From Methanomicrobia archaeon DTU008 (GTDB lineage: Archaea; Thermoplasmatota; Thermoplasmata; Methanomassiliicoccales; Methanomassiliicoccaceae), in NCBI GenBank assembly GCA_001512965.1, contig LFRW01000043.1, positions 23,287-87,286 on the forward strand: a stretch of DNA of 64,000 nucleotides, written 5' to 3'. Shown one piece after another: positions 53,369 through 61,474 of this stretch. Each line of letters opens with the position of its first letter. Position 1 is the stretch's first letter. The position numbers were made by a program, and so were the translations under genes. The notes under the pieces are model-generated. The model made no database searches. It saw only the letters and a program-made list of their open reading frames with translations, and was not told the DNA's origin.

Positions 53369-54823
53369 ATGGGGTTGGTACGTAACGTTGCAAGGAACAG
53401 CCTAGCCCTGGGCACGGTCCAGGTTGCGGGCCAGATCTCCACCTTCATCCTCTCGATATTTCTTGCCTCGCATCTGCCGGATCAATATGGGACATACACC
53501 TATGCGTTCTCCCTCTCCGCCCTCGTGTTCATCCTGGCCGACTTCGGCCTGGGGTTCCAGATGGTGGTCGAGGTGGCGCCCGATCATCGGAAGGCTTCTC
53601 AGCATCTCACCAACACCATCTTCCTGCGAGGGGTGCTGGGAGCTGCGTCATTGTTGGTGATGGTGGCGATAGTCGCCATCGACAGGCCGCCGGAGACCGT
53701 CACGTTCGCCATACTGATAATCGGCCTGTCCACGGCGTTCAACTGGATCACGATGACGTTCAATTCGATCCTGACCGCCTTCGAGAGCATGCATTACGTC
53801 ATGTACACAAACCTGGTGGAGAGGCTATTCACCGTCTCGATGGCCATCGTGATGCTGTTGCTAGGCTTCGGACTGGAGGTCATCGTGATGGTAGTCCTGG
53901 TAGGCAGCATCCTCAACGTGGTCCTGAGCTACCTGGTGACAACGCGATATGTATGCGTCCCCGCAAGGAGGGTCGACATCAGGGGGGCGATAAGCCAGTT
54001 CAAGCGTGCGACGCCGTATGCGACGGCAGGCCTCCTTCAGACCTCGCTGTACTCCCTCAACGCCGTTCTCGTGTGGCAGATCATCCTTCGCGTTGGAGGG
54101 ACCGTGCAGGAGGCGAGCGAGGCGACCGGCTACTATAATCTGGCGTTCAACATGGTGGTGGTGCTGGTCTCCGTACCCACGGTGCTCATGAACGCCCTAT
54201 TGCCCGTTATCTCCCGGCTGTATCATACATCGACCGACCTTGCCAAGCTGACGCAGCAGAAGACCATGAAATACATGTTCGCCCTGGGCCTGCCGATCAC
54301 GGTCGGCGGCATGTTCCTCGCCCAGGACATCATCCTCCTATTCTATCCAGAAATGTTCATCCCATCGGCTGCCGTGTTCCGCGTCCTGATCATATCGGTG
54401 GCATTATCGTTCTTCGGAGTGGGCATAGGAAGCGTGCTTGCCTCGGCATCCCTGATCCGTTTGAACACCCTGGCGGCCGGCGCCGGCGCGCTGGTGAACG
54501 TGCTGCTGTGCCTTGCCCTGATACCGCTTTTCAGCGAGGTCGGCGCGGCCATAGCGTTCACTGCCGCCTTCTTCAGCATCACGGCGACCGCACTGTACTT
54601 CATGAGCACCAGGGTGTTCAAGGTGAACTTGACGGACATCCTGCTCAAGCCGCTCGTGGCGGCTTCAGGCATGGCGCTGGTGTTATTGATATTCCCTGAC
54701 CTGGGCCTGTTCCCCTCGATCGGACTGGGAGCCGTGGTCTACTTCGCCCTTCTGTTCGCCGTCAGGGCCCTGGACAAGGAGGACCGGGACATACTGGTCA
54801 GGATATTGAACAAGGAGGCATAA
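53369..54823 (+). CDS. oligosaccharide flippase (MOP/Wzx family)
   Basis: 484 aa with about 14 TMs. Confidence 0.7.
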   Translation: MGLVRNVARNSLALGTVQVAGQISTFILSIFLASHLPDQYGTYTYAFSLSALVFILADFGLGFQMVVEVAPDHRKASQHLTNTIFLRGVLGAASLLVMVAIVAIDRPPETVTFAILIIGLSTAFNWITMTFNSILTAFESMHYVMYTNLVERLFTVSMAIVMLLLGFGLEVIVMVVLVGSILNVVLSYLVTTRYVCVPARRVDIRGAISQFKRATPYATAGLLQTSLYSLNAVLVWQIILRVGGTVQEASEATGYYNLAFNMVVVLVSVPTVLMNALLPVISRLYHTSTDLAKLTQQKTMKYMFALGLPITVGGMFLAQDIILLFYPEMFIPSAAVFRVLIISVALSFFGVGIGSVLASASLIRLNTLAAGAGALVNVLLCLALIPLFSEVGAAIAFTAAFFSITATALYFMSTRVFKVNLTDILLKPLVAASGMALVLLIFPDLGLFPSIGLGAVVYFALLFAVRALDKEDRDILVRILNKEA

Positions 54824-54870
54824 CGATAAGGTTATAATGGCCGGATTGTGTCTTTTTATCCAGAGGGATA

Positions 54871-55188
54871 ATGATGCAGGAAACTACCACCCAGAGCCGC
54901 CCCCTGGAAGTAGGGGAGATCGAGGAGAGGGATGTCATCACCAGAGACGGCCGCATCATCGGCCATCTCAAGGGCGCGTGGATCGACACGAGCAACTGGA
55001 CGATATCCAGCTTGATCATCGACCTCAAGAAGGACGTGGTGGACGAGCTCAACGTCAAGAAGCCGATACTGAAGGCGGCCCGAATCAACCTGCCGACGAA
55101 CTACGTGCAGAGGGTAGCCGACGTGATCCAGCTGAACGTTGACATGTCCGGCCTGTCCGCCTCCCTGGCCACAGGGACGGGCGCCTAA
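54871..55188 (+). CDS. PRC-barrel domain protein
   Basis: VITRDGRIIGHLKGAWIDTSNWTISSLIIDL. Confidence 0.6.
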   Translation: MMQETTTQSRPLEVGEIEERDVITRDGRIIGHLKGAWIDTSNWTISSLIIDLKKDVVDELNVKKPILKAARINLPTNYVQRVADVIQLNVDMSGLSASLATGTGA

Positions 55189-55325
55189 ATCCCTTCCATA
55201 TTTTTCTTAACCGACGGCATTGGACACCGAACCGGCCGCATCGACGGCGCGCCGACATCACCACGGCATGAGTCCAAGCGCGATCTGGAAAATGATGAAA
55301 AGGGAAGGGTTTGGGGCATCGATGC

Positions 55326-57266
55326 TTACATGCCCAGCGCCTGGCGTTTCTGCTCGATGTGGTCGAAGAGGATCGCACACGCCTTCCGCGGGTCCGGCTC
55401 CACCCAGAACTTGGCATTGATCAGGTGCTCGATGTCGTCGGTGAGCAGCTTGGTGACATATGGGCTCCCGCCGATGCGCGGCATCACTCCCAGCAGCGTG
55501 CTGACGCCCGTGCCGACGAAGTACTCGGCGATCGAGACCGCCTTGGGAGAGTACCACTCGGGCGCGGCGCCGGCGACAGGGAGCTGATCGATCCGCACTC
55601 CCGCCAGATTGGCCAGCTCTGCCACCAGGTTCAGTATCCTGGTGTTGTCGACGCATGACCCCATATGCAGCACCGGAGGTATGCCGAGCGACCCGCACAC
55701 TTCCTTCAGCCCCTTTCCCGCTTGATCGATCGCGGAGGGCAGCAGGAGGCCGGCCTTGCCGGACGCGATGGATGCGCATCCCGTCTCCACCACCAGGATG
55801 TCCCTCTTTATCAAGGCCTTTGCCAAGGCCACATGCCCCTGGTCGTGGCGTATGTGGGGATTGTTGCATCCTACGATGCCCACCGCCCCTCTGATCTTCC
55901 CTTCCACGATGACGTCCAGCAATGGCTTCAGGCTCCCCCCGAGCGCCTTCTTGATGGCCTCGACCGAGAAGCCTACCATCGCCTCCATCGGGTCATCGGG
56001 GATCTGTACCTTCTCCGGGATGCGGTTGGGATAGTTGTCGATGGCCATCTCGAGCATGCGCTTGGACTGCTGATAGGCGTTCTCCGGGGTGACCTCGATA
56101 TACTCGGCCCCGGACATGGTGGCCTTGGGAGAGGTGGAGAACACCTTGGTGTGATAGCAGGCCGCGGTGAACGGCAGGGATGGGAATATGCACTGATAGT
56201 CGACTATCATCGCCTCCAGCGCCCCGGTTATTATGGTGAGCTCCTGGTCAAGGTGATTGCCGGCCTGTGGAACTCCCTTTCTCATGAGCAGTTCGTTCCC
56301 GGTGCAGCACAACCCCACCAGGTTCACGCCGGCCGCGCCCACCTTCTTGGCCCTGGCCACGATGTCATGGTCCGCCGCCGCTCTGACGATCATCTCGGAG
56401 AGGACAGGGTTATGTCCATGCAGCGCCACGTTCACATGGTCCTTCTTCAGGACGCCGAGGTTGACCCGCGAGGTCTTGATCTCCGGCGTGCCGAACAGCA
56501 CATCGGATATCTCCATCGCTTGCATCGAGCCTCCCCAGCCGTCCGACATGGAGGTCCGGAAGCCATGCATGACCACGCCGAAGGGATCGTTCCCGACCCC
56601 CATATGGATCCGGTGCATCGCCTCGACCACCTCGCGGTCGATGCCGCGAGGCAGGATGTCGGCCTTCCTCATCACCTCCAGGCTGGCGGCCGGTACGCGC
56701 TTGATCATCTGAAGCTCGCCGCGCGTGGTGCCGAACTCGTCAAGCATGGCGAGGGCAAGTCTCTCCGCGATCTGCTGGGTCGTTCCTTCGGTATCGATCC
56801 CATACTCCTTCGCCAGATCGTTCAGCTTTTCGACATCGGTCACCGTATATTCCGGCGCACTGCCTGTTACGCCCTTCAGCAGCGCCTCCACCACATCCCT
56901 TCCATGGTCGGAGTGCGCGGCCGCCCCCATGGCGACCCAGTCGAGCAGATTCCTGGCCACGATGAGGTTGGCGTCGTTGCCGCACACCCCCCTGGTGCGG
57001 TCTCCGCCCATGATGCGGCAGGGGCCCATGGCGCAGCGCTGGCAGGAGACGCCTTCCGAGCAGAACTTGCAATGAGGGGTCTGCCTCTCCAGGCGATCCC
57101 ATACGGTGTCGGTGCCCTCCTCCATGGCCTTTCGAAGCACCATCTGCGAGGTGCGGTCCAGCGTTCTCTCCTCGACCTTCTGGTCCATCTCCTCCGGGGT
57201 GAGAGCTTGCTTGGCAGGCCTCCTCAAACACTCCACAGACAAGATCTCGGGATAATCGTCCGCCAT
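55326..57266 (-). CDS. cooS: anaerobic Ni-dependent carbon monoxide dehydrogenase catalytic subunit
   Basis: 646 aa: N-terminal cluster cysteines HCKFCSEGVSCQRCAMGPCRI and GVCG, then AAAHSDHGRD, LHGHNP, VGLCCTGNELLMR, GCNNP, MGSCVDN. Confidence 0.9.
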   Translation of the reverse strand: MADDYPEILSVECLRRPAKQALTPEEMDQKVEERTLDRTSQMVLRKAMEEGTDTVWDRLERQTPHCKFCSEGVSCQRCAMGPCRIMGGDRTRGVCGNDANLIVARNLLDWVAMGAAAHSDHGRDVVEALLKGVTGSAPEYTVTDVEKLNDLAKEYGIDTEGTTQQIAERLALAMLDEFGTTRGELQMIKRVPAASLEVMRKADILPRGIDREVVEAMHRIHMGVGNDPFGVVMHGFRTSMSDGWGGSMQAMEISDVLFGTPEIKTSRVNLGVLKKDHVNVALHGHNPVLSEMIVRAAADHDIVARAKKVGAAGVNLVGLCCTGNELLMRKGVPQAGNHLDQELTIITGALEAMIVDYQCIFPSLPFTAACYHTKVFSTSPKATMSGAEYIEVTPENAYQQSKRMLEMAIDNYPNRIPEKVQIPDDPMEAMVGFSVEAIKKALGGSLKPLLDVIVEGKIRGAVGIVGCNNPHIRHDQGHVALAKALIKRDILVVETGCASIASGKAGLLLPSAIDQAGKGLKEVCGSLGIPPVLHMGSCVDNTRILNLVAELANLAGVRIDQLPVAGAAPEWYSPKAVSIAEYFVGTGVSTLLGVMPRIGGSPYVTKLLTDDIEHLINAKFWVEPDPRKACAILFDHIEQKRQALGM

Positions 57267-57317
57267 GGGCGAACATACCTAGGACAACTCATATAATAAT
57301 AGCAGTGAGATGCTTCA

Positions 57318-58121
57318 TCATTCCCGTCCTTTGATCACAGCGCCGTAGATCCTCTCCTTCAGAGCCGATATGGCCTGCTCTCCGACCGAAGAGAGCCCGA
57401 CCGGCCTGCCGGCCAGGTCCGCCGCCACCAGACCTCCATCATGACGGATGACGGCCGCAACCTGGAGACCTTCCTTCTCGACGAGGGAGCGAAGCTCTTG
57501 CTGCTGGGCATCGTCGTGAACCTTGTTCAGGACGGCCAGCACGCTGCCGACGCCCAGTGAGCTGGCCATGTCGGCTATCCTGACCGCCGTTTCCACCGAG
57601 CGTCGGCCCGGTTCGACTATGACCAGCAGCACATCGACATCACGCACGGTAGAACGGCCCAGATGCTCCAGGCCCGCCTCCATGTCCAGTATCACCACGT
57701 GTTCCCTGTCCAGCACAAGGTGGTTCATGAGGTTCTTCAGCAGAGCGCTCTCCGGGCAGAAGCATCCCGATCCCGGGGCCTTTATCGTACCCAGGACCAT
57801 CACCTTGACGCCTTCCATCCCCTGGACCGCGAACCTGTCCACGAGATCGTCCACCTTGGGGTTCAGTGAGAACATGCCGCCATAGCCCTCCCCCGGCCTG
57901 ACGCCCGTCCGCTCCTCTATGAGGTCCAGCATATCGGACAGCGGCGTTATGCCGTTGCGCACCTCCTCCGGCACCCCCAGCGCCACTGGCAACGAGGACG
58001 CTGGATCGGCGTCCACCGCCACCACGTCCATACCCTCTCTGGCATACTGCAGTGCAAGCGATGCGGCGACCGTGGTCTTGCCCACGCCGCCCTTGCCGGA
58101 TACGGCGATCTTGATGGCCAT
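57318..58121 (-). CDS. cooC: CODH nickel-insertion accessory ATPase CooC
   Basis: VSGKGGVGKTT P-loop, the metal-binding CxC in GSGCFCPE, and MinD/ParA-fold length. Confidence 0.88.
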   Translation of the reverse strand: MAIKIAVSGKGGVGKTTVAASLALQYAREGMDVVAVDADPASSLPVALGVPEEVRNGITPLSDMLDLIEERTGVRPGEGYGGMFSLNPKVDDLVDRFAVQGMEGVKVMVLGTIKAPGSGCFCPESALLKNLMNHLVLDREHVVILDMEAGLEHLGRSTVRDVDVLLVIVEPGRRSVETAVRIADMASSLGVGSVLAVLNKVHDDAQQQELRSLVEKEGLQVAAVIRHDGGLVAADLAGRPVGLSSVGEQAISALKERIYGAVIKGRE

Positions 58122-58313
58122 TCAGAACCTCTCCAGAATGATGCGATGTCGCAGCAGGTCTATCTCCGAGATCCTGGCACTATCAACGGTCGTCTCTCGG
58201 CCGATGATGTCCACACATCTGATCTTGTCTCCCTCGACGCGCACCGAGATGGCTTCAGGCATGACCGTGGTTATTCCTGTCTCCGACTTCATGAGAACGG
58301 TCGACTCGCACAT
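58122..58313 (-). CDS. cooT: CooT-like small nickel-binding protein
   Basis: 63 aa starting MC (Cys2). The beta-rich pattern VLMK..G....EAISVRVEGDKIRCVDIIGRE....ARISEIDLLRHRIILE resembles Rhodospirillum CooT. Abuts the cooC start. Confidence 0.7.
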   Translation of the reverse strand: MCESTVLMKSETGITTVMPEAISVRVEGDKIRCVDIIGRETTVDSARISEIDLLRHRIILERF

Positions 58314-58402
58314 CGTATCTTATGAAAAACACACACTTATTTCAATACGGGGGCAGGAGGAAGTTGATTTACACGCAAAAATGGTAGCAGCTAAGGGAAT
58401 GG

Positions 58403-58810
58403 TCACTTCATTCTGTTGGATGGCTTCGCATCGAAGTATGTGCGACCTAGCGGCGTGAGGACATAGATCCGCCACCTTTTCTGGGGTACAGACCTTATCA
58501 ATCCTGCCTGCTCTAGAACATTGAGATGATATGACAATCTGGAATCGGATAGACCTGTGATCTCGGTCAAAACGCAAGGGCATAGGTCGCATACGGACAG
58601 TGTATGTACGATCTGAAGTCGAATAGGCTCAGCAAGTGCTTGGAAGATCCTGGCTTCACCCTCAAGCTCTTGCCTATCGGGCACAGCGGAACGTATCGCA
58701 TCCAGGCCACCTCGCTCCCGTAACGTTTCCTCTACCTCATCAGGGAGATCCCTGAAATCGGAGCAATCCTGCTCACGAGATCGCTTAGCGATATCGTTCC
58801 CTTCGTTCAT
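58403..58810 (-). CDS. arsR: ArsR/SmtB family metal(loid)-sensing repressor
   Basis: IFQALAEPIRLQIVHTLSVCDLCPCVLTEITGLSDSRLSYHLNVLEQAGLI (Cys-x2-Cys-x-Cys in the alpha3 position). Preferred start is MNEGND (58810), 30 nt after the AATTATAATT box (58836-58845). The track ORF opens at 58855. Confidence 0.8.
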   Translation of the reverse strand: MNEGNDIAKRSREQDCSDFRDLPDEVEETLRERGGLDAIRSAVPDRQELEGEARIFQALAEPIRLQIVHTLSVCDLCPCVLTEITGLSDSRLSYHLNVLEQAGLIRSVPQKRWRIYVLTPLGRTYFDAKPSNRMK

Positions 58811-59100
58811 CTTGCATAAGCAAAGTGATGGAGGCCAATTATAATTTCCCTCCACTCAACCAACATCCTTTACTCATCCGATCGACAGAACGTCGTTGGA
58901 GGCTTTTGAGACATCGGGTTCGGGCACGACACCATGGTTTCGATATGGTGTCATGGGACCGAAGTGATTCTCATAGCCATACCTAAGTATCAGCACCTGA
59001 TCGTTGGTCTTGCTAGCCTTACAGGTCGATCGCGAATCGACGCAGTAAGCGCTCATGCGCCAAAATAACAATGGGTAGGTATCATTTTATATGAGCTTTT

Positions 59101-59124
59101 TCATTTCAAGAATATTTGAAATCA
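59101..59124. promoter_or_regulatory. imperfect 12-0-12 palindrome TCATTTCAAGAA/TATTTGAAATCA (core ATTTCAA-N6-TTGAAAT) between TATA (TTTTATAT 59085-59092) and the acr3 start
   Basis: Read directly. It overlaps the expected transcription start of acr3, a typical position for an ArsR/SmtB operator. Confidence 0.5.
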
Positions 59125-59138
59125 TAACAGAGCAAAGC

Positions 59139-60269
59139 ATGAGCGAAATTGCTGGAGAATACTGCCCGCCGTCAGGGTCGGAGACTAAGAGACTATCATT
59201 CTTGAATCGCTACCTGACCATATGGATATTCTCCGCTATGGGGATCGGCATCGCCCTGGGAGCGTTCTTACCAGGTGTTGCTGACGTCATCAATTCTTTC
59301 AGCGTCGGCACTACGTCGATACCTATCGCCATCGGCCTCATCCTAATGATGTATCCACCATTGGCCAAGGTACGGTATGAGGAACTACGGAAGTTGACCG
59401 TGATGCCTGGGTCTAAGGCCATGTTCACGACATCACTCGCCTTGAACTATGTGGTCGGACCGTTGCTCATGTTCGTGCTAGCTTGGATCTTCCTTCCTGA
59501 CCTGCCAGAGTATCGCATAGGCCTGATCCTTACCGGTGTGGCAAGATGCATCGCCATGGTTCTGGTGTGGAACCAGCTGGCGGATGGTGATAGTGGATAT
59601 GCCGCCGTACTTGTCGCGTTGAACTCGCTCTTCCAGATAGCACTATACTCGTTCTACGCTTACTTCCTCATCGCCGTGCTGTCTGACGTCGTCTCGCCAG
59701 GCTCGGGTGTGGTGGTGAACATTTCCGTAGCATCGGTCGCAGCGAGCGTTCTTTTCTACCTGGGCATTCCGTTCCTTGCCGGGATCGTCACGCGGTATAC
59801 GCTCTTACCGCGAAAGGGGGCCGATTGGTATGATAATCATTTCATGCCTAGGCTTTCCAAGCTATCGCTTCTAGCACTGCTCTTCACCATCGTCGTCATG
59901 TTTTCCCTGCAAGGAGGGAACATCCTGAGGCTCCCGGTGGACGTCGTTCGCATCGCAATACCCTTACTGGCCTATTTCCTGATCATGTTCCTTCTGTCAT
60001 TTGGGGTATCGATATGGCTGAAACTCGATTACCCGCATGCCGCGGCACAGTCCTTCACCGCCGCGAGCAACAACTTCGAGTTGGCGATCGCCATCGCCGT
60101 CGGTGTGTTCGGCATAGGTTCAGGTGTTGCCCTGGCCGCGGTCATCGGCCCCCTGGTAGAGGTGCCCGTGCTCATATCATTAGTCAATCTGGCGCTGTAC
60201 TTCAAGAGGAAGTATTACAACGCTGACGGTTCGATAATCGATGGCATAGCGAAGGCTGAACGGCAATGA
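59139..60269 (+). CDS. acr3: arsenite efflux permease, ACR3 family
   Basis: RLSFLNRYLTIWIF, IPIAIGLILMMYPPLAKV, ARCIAMVLVWN, and about 10 TMs. Start taken at MSEIAGEY. Confidence 0.88.
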   Translation: MSEIAGEYCPPSGSETKRLSFLNRYLTIWIFSAMGIGIALGAFLPGVADVINSFSVGTTSIPIAIGLILMMYPPLAKVRYEELRKLTVMPGSKAMFTTSLALNYVVGPLLMFVLAWIFLPDLPEYRIGLILTGVARCIAMVLVWNQLADGDSGYAAVLVALNSLFQIALYSFYAYFLIAVLSDVVSPGSGVVVNISVASVAASVLFYLGIPFLAGIVTRYTLLPRKGADWYDNHFMPRLSKLSLLALLFTIVVMFSLQGGNILRLPVDVVRIAIPLLAYFLIMFLLSFGVSIWLKLDYPHAAAQSFTAASNNFELAIAIAVGVFGIGSGVALAAVIGPLVEVPVLISLVNLALYFKRKYYNADGSIIDGIAKAERQ

Positions 60270-60302
60270 GGAGGAGTATGATCGACGAAGCATGATGGGA
60301 GA

Positions 60303-60941
60303 ATGGGGGATATCATGACGATCGAGGAGATCGACCTGTATCGACTGGAGGCAAAGGACATAAAGAAATATTTGCCAGAAGGTGAGAGGACCGCCTGCGG
60401 TGCTGGTGATTGGGACGAGTTCGCGCAGATGCTGCTAGATGGTGAGGCGAGAGCGCGTGAATGCGAGGTAATGGACCCACGCCTGGCGTTAGCGATGGAC
60501 GCCGTGCTATCTCTGGACATCCACCTTCCTGAAAGCGATCCGATGCAACAGAAGGTTCCCGAGAAGCTCATTGAGTTCAATTCCCCGGACGAGAGCTCTC
60601 CGGTATTGCTCACTGGCAATTCCATCGTCACTCATCGCATATTGAGGATGATCTTCGACGCCGCTCGCGTGCCTGCATTTCTTATCGTCGTCGACACCAA
60701 CGGTCTAACGACCGACAACGCCGTAGCGGCAGGAGCGTTCACCCCGATGGCGGTCATGAAGGCCATGACCGAAAGCGGCATATCGACCCGTTCAAGATCG
60801 CGAAGGATCATCATCCCCGGTCTGGCTAGAGACCTGAAGAGCAGTATCGAGCGCGTCACGCGCTGGTCGGTAGAGGTCGGCCCGGTCAGCGGCTTCGAGC
60901 TCCCGCTATACCTATTGAAGAGAGAAACGTCTGAAAGGTGA
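60303..60941 (+). CDS. miniature CFeSP/HgcA-like corrinoid-binding-domain protein with degenerate N-terminal Fe-S module
   Basis: Residues 98-205 align with the corrinoid-binding domain shared by the CFeSP large subunit (AcsC/CdhE C-terminus) and HgcA. SPVLLTGNSIVTHRILR, AFLIVVDTNGLTTDNAVAAGAFT, RRIIIPGLA and VEVGPVSGFELPLYL correspond to PVLVTANYKLSFD, AWLLVLDTRGINVWCAAGKGTF, RRLVLPQLA and VLWGPVRAADLPAYL. Residues 24-56 resemble the AcsC N-terminal 4Fe-4S motif but keep only 2 of 4 Cys. No TIM barrel and no TM domain. Confidence 0.65.
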   Translation: MGDIMTIEEIDLYRLEAKDIKKYLPEGERTACGAGDWDEFAQMLLDGEARARECEVMDPRLALAMDAVLSLDIHLPESDPMQQKVPEKLIEFNSPDESSPVLLTGNSIVTHRILRMIFDAARVPAFLIVVDTNGLTTDNAVAAGAFTPMAVMKAMTESGISTRSRSRRIIIPGLARDLKSSIERVTRWSVEVGPVSGFELPLYLLKRETSER

Positions 60942-60944
60942 GCG

Positions 60945-61244
60945 ATGGGTACGGAAGGGCACACCGCGGTCATGTATCGAGCTAGGCCGCCAGCCTGGCT
61001 GAAGGGTGAAGTGACGAGGCATTGCGCCCGATGCGAGGGCCGAGTGGACTGGATGCAGATCGTCTGCCCCAACTGCGGCGCTCAGCTGCTCAAAGAATGC
61101 CCACGGTGCCATTGCCATGTGGCAATGGACACCACGTTCTGCACCATTTGCCGATACAGCTTCCCGTTGCCACCTCCTCCCAAGGCTACTGTCTGCATGT
61201 GGCATAGTCATATCGTTCCATCTGGACAATATGAAGGGCTATGA
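60945..61244 (+). CDS. double zinc-ribbon protein
   Basis: 99 aa with four CxxC knuckles (CARC, CPNC, CPRC, CTIC). Starts 3 nt after the upstream stop. Confidence 0.55.
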   Translation: MGTEGHTAVMYRARPPAWLKGEVTRHCARCEGRVDWMQIVCPNCGAQLLKECPRCHCHVAMDTTFCTICRYSFPLPPPPKATVCMWHSHIVPSGQYEGL

Positions 61245-61474
61245 CCCGATACTACTTGGGTCGATTATCGAAGCGTTCTCGCACTGACCGTTCATTGACA
61301 CGGGGTTGAGCGCGAGGGACATTGTGAAATGAACTAGATGCATCTTGCACAGACCCAGGACCATGGCGCGAGCGTTCATAGAAAAACATACGCTTCGAAG
61401 ATGTCGTGGAAGCGAGTCGTGTCACCCTCGCACATCCTCGAAGGTCGATACATAAGCGATGATCCGTTTCGATA

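Noticed and set aside
55665-57296. 543-aa plus-strand ORF
   Set aside because: Antisense shadow of cooS, with low-complexity R/G/H/L-rich sequence and no motifs.
58874-59071. 65-aa minus-strand ORF in the arsR-acr3 spacer
   Set aside because: No start context and no recognisable family. It spans the inverted repeats that more plausibly act as DNA operators.
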